NCBI GenBank assembly: GCA_027038275.1
Contig: JALVXC010000182.1
Span: forward strand, 6,501 to 70,500
Origin: Campylobacteraceae bacterium
GTDB taxonomy: Bacteria; Campylobacterota; Campylobacteria; Campylobacterales; Sulfurovaceae
Length of the DNA: 64,000 bases
Reading direction: 5' to 3'
Under the pieces are notes generated by a model. It was not told the origin of the DNA. It ran no database searches and was given only the letters and a program-made list of their open reading frames with translations. Shown piece by piece: positions 56,483-64,000 of the stretch. The first letter of the stretch is position 1; each line of letters starts with the position of its first letter. Made by a program: the position numbers and the translations under genes.

Positions 56483-57742
56483 ATGCAAAATAATTTATCT
56501 TTAAATGAAAAAATATATATACCTACCCCTAGCCCACATGACCCAGATAACAATGGTCACTTTGGTTCAGAAGATGACAAACACCGATTTGGTGGTCGCT
56601 TTGTTCCTGAAACACTTATGCCTGTACTTGAACAACTACGCCTAGATTACGAGGCTGTACGTTTTGACAAAGATTTTTGGTCAGAGATTGACTACTACTA
56701 TAAAAATTATGTTGGTCGTCCCTCTGCTCTCTACTTTGCTCAAAATCTTTCAAAAGAGTTAAATGCAAAGATATACCTAAAGCGTGAAGACCTTAACCAT
56801 ACAGGGGCACACAAGATTAACCACTGTATTGCACAAGCTGTTTTGGCTAAACATTTAGGTAAAAAAAAGGTCATTGCAGAGACTGGTGCAGGACAACATG
56901 GTGTAGCAACTGCTACAGTAGCTGCTCTTTTTGGTTTGGAGTGTGAGATTTTTATGGGAGCAAAAGATGTTAAACGTCAAGAGTTAAATGTCTTTAGAAT
57001 GAAACTTCTTGGAGCTAAAGTCCACTCTGTTAACTCAGGTAGCCAAAGTCTAAAAGATGCTATGAACGATGCCATTCGACATTGGGTGACAAATGCTCGT
57101 GACACCTACTATATTATAGGAACAGTGGCAGGTCCACACCCCTACCCTATGATGGTTCGTGATATTCAGTCTATTATTGGTTGGGAGGCTAAGCAACAGT
57201 TAGATGCTGTTGAGTCTTGCCTTCCTGATAAAGTTATTGCTTGTATTGGTGGTGGCTCTAATGCGCTTGGTATCTTTAACCATTTTATAGAAGATGATTC
57301 TGTAGAGTGCATAGGAATAGAAGCTGGAGGATTAGGAGTTGAGACAAATAAACATGGTTGCTCACTAGAAAAGGGAAACCCTGGTGTATTGCATGGACAA
57401 CTAAGCTATCTACTACAAGATGAAGATGGACAGATTCAAGAGGCACACTCTATTAGTGCTGGTCTTGATTATCCTGGAATTGGACCTGAACATGCTTATT
57501 TTAAAGACAATAATATTGTTACTTACAATCATATTACTGATGATGAAGCTATGGAGGCTTTTGTTTGGCTCTCACAAGCTGAAGGTATTATTCCTGCGTT
57601 TGAGTCCTCTCATGCTGTTGCCTACCTAAAAAAGATGAAACCAGAAGAGGTAGAGGGAAAGATTATTTTAATTAACCTATCTGGACGAGGTGATAAAGAT
57701 ATGATACAGGCTCAAACTATTTTAGCAGAGCAATTTAGGTAA
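56483..57742 (+). CDS. trpB: tryptophan synthase beta chain
   Basis: [35 protein letters not shown] and GGGSNA motifs. Confidence 0.93.
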   Translation: MQNNLSLNEKIYIPTPSPHDPDNNGHFGSEDDKHRFGGRFVPETLMPVLEQLRLDYEAVRFDKDFWSEIDYYYKNYVGRPSALYFAQNLSKELNAKIYLKREDLNHTGAHKINHCIAQAVLAKHLGKKKVIAETGAGQHGVATATVAALFGLECEIFMGAKDVKRQELNVFRMKLLGAKVHSVNSGSQSLKDAMNDAIRHWVTNARDTYYIIGTVAGPHPYPMMVRDIQSIIGWEAKQQLDAVESCLPDKVIACIGGGSNALGIFNHFIEDDSVECIGIEAGGLGVETNKHGCSLEKGNPGVLHGQLSYLLQDEDGQIQEAHSISAGLDYPGIGPEHAYFKDNNIVTYNHITDDEAMEAFVWLSQAEGIIPAFESSHAVAYLKKMKPEEVEGKIILINLSGRGDKDMIQAQTILAEQFR

Positions 57743-57770
57743 AATTGTTCGGCTATAAACATAAAAACTA

Positions 57771-57797
57771 CGTAGGTGTGACCATGTCACACCTACG
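57771..57797. terminator. GC-rich perfect palindrome after trpB (CGTAGGTGTGAC-CAT-GTCACACCTACG), putative terminator / REP-like element
   Basis: 11-12-bp stem, 29 nt past the trpB stop. No U-tract. The arms are identical to the rnpB P1 arms over 11 nt. Confidence 0.45.
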
Positions 57798-57831
57798 GCT
57801 AATATAGATATAAGAATGAAGGAAAAAAAAT

Positions 57832-59286
57832 ATGAATTTTGAACTAACCATAAGCCCAATGAATGAAATAGACGCAGATGTAGAACTCATTTTAGTAGTT
57901 AACAAAGATTTTAAACACGATTTTGTCAAAAACAGAAAACTACTAAAAAAAGCTAGTTTCAAAGCAGAGCAAGATGAGACCTATCTACTTATTAATAAAG
58001 ATAGACTATTTGTTGGTGTAGAAAAAATTAATGATACAAATCTTAGAGTTGCTATGGCAAAAGCGATTCAGAGACTAAAATCAACCAAGTACAAGAGCCT
58101 TAAAGTAGCTTGTTATTTTGAAGATAAAAACTCAACTCATAACCTTAGAGCGATGGTCGAAGGGGTACTTTTAGGAGCTTACAGCTTTGACAAATACAAA
58201 ACAAAAAAATCAAAACAAAAACTCAAAGATGTAATTATTTCACTAGAGGAGTACAATGCTTTTAATCTTGATATGGAAGAGTGTGCAAATGCTATTGAAC
58301 TAGCACAAATTACAGCCGATGCAACCAACTTTACAAGAGATATTGTTAACACTACCCCTGATGATTGTTTCCCTGATACTTTAGCACAAATTGCTAGTGG
58401 ATTAGCAGATGAGTTAGGGCTTGAGTGCAATATTTTAAAACCAAAAGAGCTAAAAAAAGAGAAGATGGAAGCCCTACTTGCTGTTGCACGTGCCTCTCGA
58501 CATAAACCTCGTGTAATTCACTTAACACATAAACCTAAAAATCCTAAAGCTGTTATCTCTCTTATAGGAAAAGGGCTTACCTATGACTCTGGTGGACTTA
58601 GTCTTAAACCATCTGCTTCAATGGTAAGTATGAAACTTGACAAGAGTGGAGGTTCTGCTGTTTTAGGAATTATGAAAGCAGTTAGTGAGATGAATCTACC
58701 TGTTGAAGTTCATGGATTTGTAGGAGCTGTTGAAAATATGATAGGTGGAGATGCCTACAAGCCTGATGATGTACTTACCTCTAAAAGTGGAAAAACCATT
58801 GAGGTAAGAAATACAGATGCAGAGGGGCGTTTAGTTCTTGCAGATGTTTTAGCCTATGCACAACAAGAGGTAGAGGCAGACTATATGTTTGATTTAGCAA
58901 CACTTACAGGAGCTTCTGTGGTAGCTCTAGGGCAATATACATCTGCTGTAATGGGAAATTGCAATACCCCAAAAGATATGGTCATAGAGGCTTCTAAAAA
59001 CGCAGGAGAGTTAGCAACCAAACTAGACTTTAATAAACTCCTTAGAAAGTGCCTAAAGTCAAATGTAGCAGACATCTCAAATATCTCAAACACACCTTAT
59101 GGTGGAGCGATTACAGCTGGTATCTTTTTAGATAATTTTATTGAAAAAGAGAACAAAGATAAATGGGCACATATTGACATTGCAGGTCCTTCATATGTAG
59201 AACATGCTTGGGGAGAGAACCCTGTTGGAGGGTCAGGTTATGGCGTTAGAACTATGACTCGACTACTTGAAAATCTAGCTAAATAA
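57832..59286 (+). CDS. pepA: leucyl aminopeptidase (M17)
   Basis: NTDAEGRLVLAD signature and GKGLTYDSGG. Confidence 0.93.
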   Translation: MNFELTISPMNEIDADVELILVVNKDFKHDFVKNRKLLKKASFKAEQDETYLLINKDRLFVGVEKINDTNLRVAMAKAIQRLKSTKYKSLKVACYFEDKNSTHNLRAMVEGVLLGAYSFDKYKTKKSKQKLKDVIISLEEYNAFNLDMEECANAIELAQITADATNFTRDIVNTTPDDCFPDTLAQIASGLADELGLECNILKPKELKKEKMEALLAVARASRHKPRVIHLTHKPKNPKAVISLIGKGLTYDSGGLSLKPSASMVSMKLDKSGGSAVLGIMKAVSEMNLPVEVHGFVGAVENMIGGDAYKPDDVLTSKSGKTIEVRNTDAEGRLVLADVLAYAQQEVEADYMFDLATLTGASVVALGQYTSAVMGNCNTPKDMVIEASKNAGELATKLDFNKLLRKCLKSNVADISNISNTPYGGAITAGIFLDNFIEKENKDKWAHIDIAGPSYVEHAWGENPVGGSGYGVRTMTRLLENLAK

Positions 59287-59287
59287 A

Positions 59288-59665
59288 ATGAAAATGAATT
59301 TCAAAGGAAGAAAAGGGTTTTATAAAATCCTTTTCTTTACATTTACACTAATTGTTGTTTTTATCTTTGCCGTAATACCAAATGACCCACTATTTGAAGA
59401 GTATACTTATGCAGATAAAGTAAAACATCTCTTTGCTTTTTTTACCCTCTCATTTCTACTTAACCGTGCCTCATCCAATATGGCTCAACGCTTTAGAAAT
59501 ATGAGTGCTTTACTTCTGTTTGGTATCTTTATAGAGTTTGTTCAATACTATTTACCTACGCGTAGTACCTCGATTGAAGATATATTTGCCGATGTAGCAG
59601 GAATATTGCTCTTTCAATTTAGCTACTCTTTTGGAAAAGAGGTTAGAGATTTTTTCAAAAAATAA
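59288..59665 (+). CDS. VanZ-family membrane protein
   Basis: DKVKHLFAFFTLSFLL...IEFVQYYLPTRSTSIEDIFADVAGILL. Confidence 0.7.
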   Translation: MKMNFKGRKGFYKILFFTFTLIVVFIFAVIPNDPLFEEYTYADKVKHLFAFFTLSFLLNRASSNMAQRFRNMSALLLFGIFIEFVQYYLPTRSTSIEDIFADVAGILLFQFSYSFGKEVRDFFKK

Positions 59666-59727
59666 GATAATCCCCCTTTCACCAATATTTAGCTAAAATT
59701 CCATAATTATTTTAACTAAGGAATATT

Positions 59728-60831
59728 ATGGGATTAAGCATCGGACTTGTAGGATTACCAAACGTAGGTAAATCAACCACATTTAACGCCCTAACTAAAG
59801 CACAAAATGCAGAGAGTGCAAACTACCCTTTCTGTACTATTGAACCAAATAAAGCAGTTGTACCTGTACCTGATAAACGTCTTGAAGAGTTAGCAAAAAT
59901 TGTAAACCCAGAGAGAATTCAATACTCTACTTTAGACTTTGTTGACATTGCAGGTCTTGTTAAGGGTGCTAGTAAAGGAGAGGGGTTAGGAAATAAGTTT
60001 TTAAGTAATATCCGTGAGACAGAGGTTATTTTACATATTGTAAGATGTTTTGAAGACCCAAATGTGGTTCATGTTGAGGGAAGCATTGACCCTATTCGTG
60101 ATGTTGAAATTATAGAACAAGAGCTACTCTTTGCTGACCTTGATGCCGTTGAGAAGCGTATTACCCTACTTAGTAAAAAAGCTCGTGGAAATGACAAAAG
60201 TGCAAAGGCACAATTAGCTGTTGCAGAGGCTCTTTTAGAGCATATTTCAGAGGGAAGACCTGTCTCTACCTTTGATGGTGTCGATAGTGATGAGTTTAAA
60301 GAGATAAACAAAGACCTACGTCTACTCACTTCAAAAGAGATTATGTATGGTGCAAATGTAGATGAAGATAGCCTAGAAGAGGACAATGAGTTTGTAACTA
60401 AACTCAAAGAGTATGCAAGTGAGAGAAACTCTGAGGTTATTAAACTATGTGCCAAGATGGAAGAGGAGATGGTTGACTTTGACGATGAGGAACGTAACGA
60501 GATGTTAAATGACCTTGGAGTCGAAGAGAGTGGGCTTGACCAGATTATCCATAAAGGGTTTGACAAGCTTGGACTTATGTCTTACTTTACAGCAGGAGTC
60601 AAAGAGGTTCGTGCATGGACTATTAGAAAAGGTACAACTGCACCAAAAGCGGCAGCTGTTATTCACAACGACTTTGAAAAAGGGTTTATTAGAGCTGAAG
60701 TTATCTCTTATGAGGACTTTATAGAGTTTGGTGGTGAAGCAGGTGCTAAAGAGGCAGGTAAAAATAGATTAGAGGGAAAAGAGTATATTGTGCAAGATGG
60801 TGATATAATGCACTTTAGATTTAATGTTTAA
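59728..60831 (+). CDS. ychF: redox-regulated ATPase YchF
   Basis: GLVGLPNVGKSTTFNALT, DIAGLVKGAS, and a C-terminal TGS-like domain ending DGDIMHFRFNV. Confidence 0.95.
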   Translation: MGLSIGLVGLPNVGKSTTFNALTKAQNAESANYPFCTIEPNKAVVPVPDKRLEELAKIVNPERIQYSTLDFVDIAGLVKGASKGEGLGNKFLSNIRETEVILHIVRCFEDPNVVHVEGSIDPIRDVEIIEQELLFADLDAVEKRITLLSKKARGNDKSAKAQLAVAEALLEHISEGRPVSTFDGVDSDEFKEINKDLRLLTSKEIMYGANVDEDSLEEDNEFVTKLKEYASERNSEVIKLCAKMEEEMVDFDDEERNEMLNDLGVEESGLDQIIHKGFDKLGLMSYFTAGVKEVRAWTIRKGTTAPKAAAVIHNDFEKGFIRAEVISYEDFIEFGGEAGAKEAGKNRLEGKEYIVQDGDIMHFRFNV

Positions 60832-60836
60832 TCCTA

Positions 60837-60857
60837 AGACAAGGTAAATCCTTGTCT
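60837..60857 (+). terminator. 8-bp hairpin after ychF (putative terminator)
   Basis: AGACAAGG-TAAAT-CCTTGTCT lies 6 nt after the stop. The U-tract is weak. Confidence 0.4.
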
Positions 60858-60876
60858 CTATAAGGTATAATAACAG

Positions 60877-61512
60877 ATGATAACAGAAGAAGAGCTAGAT
60901 AACCTTATCATTTGTAAAAAGTGCCATACTCTTCATAAAAGAGTTCCTTTACCTCCTAATAAAAAAGCATTCTGTTCAAAATGTGATATTCTTCTTTACC
61001 AAAATAATCCAAATATTCTTAATAAAACTTTAGCCTTGGTCATTGCTGCGACTATCTCTCTTTTTGTTGCTTTTAAATTTACCATTGTAACAATAGATAT
61101 TCAAGGAATGGAAAAGAGCTTAACACTTTATGCTCTCTTTATGGTTATTTTAGAACAACATCAATACATTGTAGGAGTTATGTTTATATTTTTAATTTTT
61201 ATTTTTCCTATTACCATTATCTTCTCTATGCTTATCTTGCTTATACTCATGAAACGTAAAAAGGGTGGCTACCTTGTAAAGCGTCTGCTTATACTCTTAG
61301 CTCATATACGCCCTTGGAGTATGGTTGACATCTTTTTTATATCTCTATTGGTCGCTATGGTTAAACTATTTGACTATGCCTATATTGAACTAGGAGTCTC
61401 TTTTATAGCTCTTATATTTACACTTATTCTTGATATAATCATTACAAAGAACCTTAGCTTTTATGAGTTGTGGAACTTATATACAAAAATATATGGAGGT
61501 GTAAATGAGTAG
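60877..61512 (+). CDS. pqiA: paraquat-inducible protein A family, first half-gene
   Basis: CKKCHT...CSKCD zinc-finger-like start plus 4 TM helices, and PWSMVDIFFISLLVA. Confidence 0.8.
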   Translation: MITEEELDNLIICKKCHTLHKRVPLPPNKKAFCSKCDILLYQNNPNILNKTLALVIAATISLFVAFKFTIVTIDIQGMEKSLTLYALFMVILEQHQYIVGVMFIFLIFIFPITIIFSMLILLILMKRKKGGYLVKRLLILLAHIRPWSMVDIFFISLLVAMVKLFDYAYIELGVSFIALIFTLILDIIITKNLSFYELWNLYTKIYGGVNE

Positions 61513-62107
61513 AGAGTTAGAGTATATACGCTGTCATATATGTGAAGCAGTCAACTATGTTAATGAAAAAGAGACAAAGTGTCGACGATGTCATGAAGAG
61601 ATTGCTCCAAATTTAAGATTGTCATACCATAAAACATTGGCCTTTTTAATTACAGCTATTATCTTCTATATTCCTGCTAATCTATACCCTATTCTTGTCT
61701 CTAAACAGTTTGGCAAAACTACAACAAATACTATTATGGGAGGGATTATACATCTTTGGGATGCTGGTTCATACCCTATTGCACTAATTATTTTACTCGC
61801 TTCTGTATTTGTTCCACTGCTAAAGTTTATTCTTATTATCTATCTACTTATATCTACTAGACATAATCTTCACTCCTCTAAAGTAGATAAACATAAACTA
61901 TTCTACATCACAGAGATAATTGGACCATGGTCAATGGTAGATGTTTTTGTTGTAGTTATTCTCTCTGTACTTATTCACTTTTCAGGAGTACAAATCTTTC
62001 CTGGTGAAGGAGCAACAGCCTTTGGTCTAATGGTATTCTTTACTATGATTTCAGCTCAATCTTTTGACCCAAGACTTATTAATCAACAAAAAGGAGATAC
62101 CTTTTAA
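61505..62107 (+). CDS. pqiA: paraquat-inducible protein A family, second half-gene
   Basis: CHICEA...CRRCH start, TM helices and GPWSMVDVFVVVIL. It overlaps the first half by 8 nt. Confidence 0.8.
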   Translation: MSRELEYIRCHICEAVNYVNEKETKCRRCHEEIAPNLRLSYHKTLAFLITAIIFYIPANLYPILVSKQFGKTTTNTIMGGIIHLWDAGSYPIALIILLASVFVPLLKFILIIYLLISTRHNLHSSKVDKHKLFYITEIIGPWSMVDVFVVVILSVLIHFSGVQIFPGEGATAFGLMVFFTMISAQSFDPRLINQQKGDTF

Positions 62108-63792
62108 TGTCAAAACATAGAAAATACAATACTCCAAAAATTAAAGAATCTAAAGGAGTAGAGCTTATAACCTCTATATGGTTAGTTCCTATTATTGCTA
62201 TGACTATTGCTCTATGGTTAGCCTATCAATACTACTCTAAAATTGGACCAACCATTGAGATTACTTTTAAAGAGAATGCTGGTCTAATTGCAAATCAGAG
62301 TCAACTTAAACTACGCAATGTAAATATTGGAGTTGTAACTAAAATCTCTCTTTCAAAAGATGGAAATGGTGTAACAGTACAAGTAAAAGTCAACAAAGAG
62401 ATTTCTGATTATCTTAATGAAAAAGCAAAATTTTGGATTGTTCATGCCGATGTAGGTTCTCATGGTATCTCTGGTCTTGATACTATTCTATCTGGGGCTT
62501 ATATTGAACTATATGGTGTAAAAGAGAAAAAGAGAAAGTTGAAATTTATAGGACTAGAGAAACCCTATATTGATAAAGATGCTGCGGGAAAATACTATAT
62601 TCTCTCTGCTCCAAACTCCAATAATATCATAGAGGGTTCACATGTCTACTACCGTATGATAGAGGTTGGTAGAGTAGAACGTGTTGCCATCTCTCCTGAT
62701 GGGAAAAAGGTTAATTTTACTATTTTTGTAAAAGATAAATATGTTCCCTTTATTAATGATGAGAGTCAATTCTACACTAATAGCAGTCTAAATTTAGACT
62801 TCTCTCAAGGGAAAATAGATATGAATATAGCTTCTTTATCTCAAATTGTTCATGGGGGCATCTCTATCTATACACCTCTACAGAGTATTGGTAAAGAGCA
62901 AAATAGAACAAAACCTAGACGTGTTTTTCCTCTATATAAAAGTCTTTCAGAGATGAAAGTAAAACATTTAAGAGAAGGTTTTGACGATAGGGTCTACGCC
63001 TTTAAATTTTTAGAGACGAACAACAAACTAGAGATAGGTTCACCAGTAGAATTCAATGGCTTTCAAGTAGGTTATGTAACAGATATAAAAAGCCATTTTT
63101 CTAAGACTTCTCATAGAGTAGAATCTGAAGTATATGCACTCATTCACACTAAAATATTTTCAGGTTCAGATAATAAGAAAGGTAATCAAATAATAGAGAA
63201 ATTAGTGAAAGAGGGGTTAAAAGCCTCCATTGAATCGACTATTCCTATGATAGGTTCAGACTATATTAAGCTTATTTTCGACAACAAAAAAAGAGCCACT
63301 ATAGTAAAAACTAAAGAGTATGATTACTTTCCAACCATACAAAAAGTCACTAACTCTAGTATATTAGCCGATACACAAAAACTCATTCAAAAATTAGAAA
63401 AATTACCACTAGAAAAGCTGATTCTATCTGCTAACAAGTTGCTAAAAGACAACAATAAACCTATTAAAAATCTATTAAAAGATTTGAGAAAAACAACTAA
63501 CAATCTTGATAAAGTACTAAAGAACGTAAATAAAAGTGCCTCTAATCTAAATAGATTAACAGCTAAAGAGTCATTTCAAAATATACCTGCTCAACTAAAC
63601 CAAACTATGCAAGAGTTAACTACAACTCTACAGAGAATTCAAATGCTATCTGATGACTATGGAGTAGACTCAAAATTTTCTTCAGAACTCTCTTTGACAT
63701 TAAGAGAGTTATCAATTATGGCTGAATCTATAGGAAGAATTAGCTTAAAACTAGAAAAGAAACCAAATGCACTTATTTTAGGAGATGACTAG
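62107..63792 (+). CDS. pqiB: PqiB-like multi-MCE (MlaD) domain protein
   Basis: N-terminal TM, repeated MCE-type beta-barrel segments and a C-terminal helical needle region. The start overlaps the upstream stop (TAATG). Confidence 0.85.
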   Translation: MSKHRKYNTPKIKESKGVELITSIWLVPIIAMTIALWLAYQYYSKIGPTIEITFKENAGLIANQSQLKLRNVNIGVVTKISLSKDGNGVTVQVKVNKEISDYLNEKAKFWIVHADVGSHGISGLDTILSGAYIELYGVKEKKRKLKFIGLEKPYIDKDAAGKYYILSAPNSNNIIEGSHVYYRMIEVGRVERVAISPDGKKVNFTIFVKDKYVPFINDESQFYTNSSLNLDFSQGKIDMNIASLSQIVHGGISIYTPLQSIGKEQNRTKPRRVFPLYKSLSEMKVKHLREGFDDRVYAFKFLETNNKLEIGSPVEFNGFQVGYVTDIKSHFSKTSHRVESEVYALIHTKIFSGSDNKKGNQIIEKLVKEGLKASIESTIPMIGSDYIKLIFDNKKRATIVKTKEYDYFPTIQKVTNSSILADTQKLIQKLEKLPLEKLILSANKLLKDNNKPIKNLLKDLRKTTNNLDKVLKNVNKSASNLNRLTAKESFQNIPAQLNQTMQELTTTLQRIQMLSDDYGVDSKFSSELSLTLRELSIMAESIGRISLKLEKKPNALILGDD

Positions 63793-64000
63793 ATGAAAAA
63801 CCTACTAACTCTACTCTTTATTGTTATGTTACTTACAGGGTGTAGCCCTAAAAGGTACTATACATTAGGAAACAATTTAACTGTTACCCAAAATATAACA
63901 TATACAAAACCTATTGATGTGGTCACTGTCAATGTACCTAAATACCTACAAGACCTAATTTTAGTTCGACAAGTTACCCCATATCAAGTTAAACTACTAG
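63793..64000 (+). CDS. pqiC: PqiC/YmbA-like lipoprotein (5' part; continues beyond the window)
   Basis: MKNLLTLLFIVMLLTGCSPKRYYTL lipobox, immediately after pqiB. Not in the ORF track because it has no stop in the window. Confidence 0.65.
   Translation, partial: MKNLLTLLFIVMLLTGCSPKRYYTLGNNLTVTQNITYTKPIDVVTVNVPKYLQDLILVRQVTPYQVKLL

Noticed and set aside
57768-57962. 64-aa minus-strand ORF over the trpB terminator palindrome and the pepA start
   Set aside because: It overlaps the pepA 5' end and a palindromic element, and has no supporting signals.
60877-62107. pqiA appearing as two ORFs, read as a frameshifted pseudogene
   Set aside because: Each half has its own CxxC...CxxC start and TM set plus the PWSMVD motif. 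The 8-nt overlap is typical of translational coupling, and the two-gene PqiA arrangement is consistent with an internal duplication of the family.

Overview
This is a 64-kb AT-rich chromosomal segment. Its gene content and order are typical of Campylobacterota (Epsilonproteobacteria): atpF'-F-H-A-G-D-C followed by exbB/exbD-like genes, fmt-birA-parA-parB, obg-proB, a short RecO and split pqiA-pqiB-pqiC. A Sulfurimonas/Sulfurovum-like origin is inference only. I can support about 70 protein genes and one clear RNA gene (RNase P RNA, 37850-38255). I saw no rRNA, tRNA, integrase or transposase. The window is mostly housekeeping, interrupted by small accessory patches. (1) The best candidate for a new system is a tightly packed four-gene AT-rich insertion between ubiE and xseA (47987-51810). 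It encodes a 54-aa TM peptide, a HipA-like kinase, an N-terminally extended PtuA-like ABC ATPase and a PtuB-like HNH nuclease, so it looks like a Septu-like core with extra partners. (2) A membrane-stress operon encodes XpaC-TelA-SPFH/GYF-zinc ribbon (4860-9076). (3) A Pycsar-effector-like TM domain is fused to a DUF3616-like domain and abuts an OprO/P-type porin (9776-12367). (4) A Phd/ParE toxin-antitoxin pair lies at 14520-15127. (5) A two-repeat, one-spacer CRISPR-like mini-array sits next to a COG1373 ATPase (32962-34491), with no cas genes in the window. (6) A hypothetical-gene patch contains an Uma2 nuclease and a G9 tract (39235-41639). At the RNA/DNA level there is a 130-nt stem-closed intergenic element upstream of trpB. 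It shares a 20-nt exact match with the expanded P12 arm of rnpB. There is also a small family of GC-rich palindromes. All product calls come from motif recognition by eye, and no database search was run.
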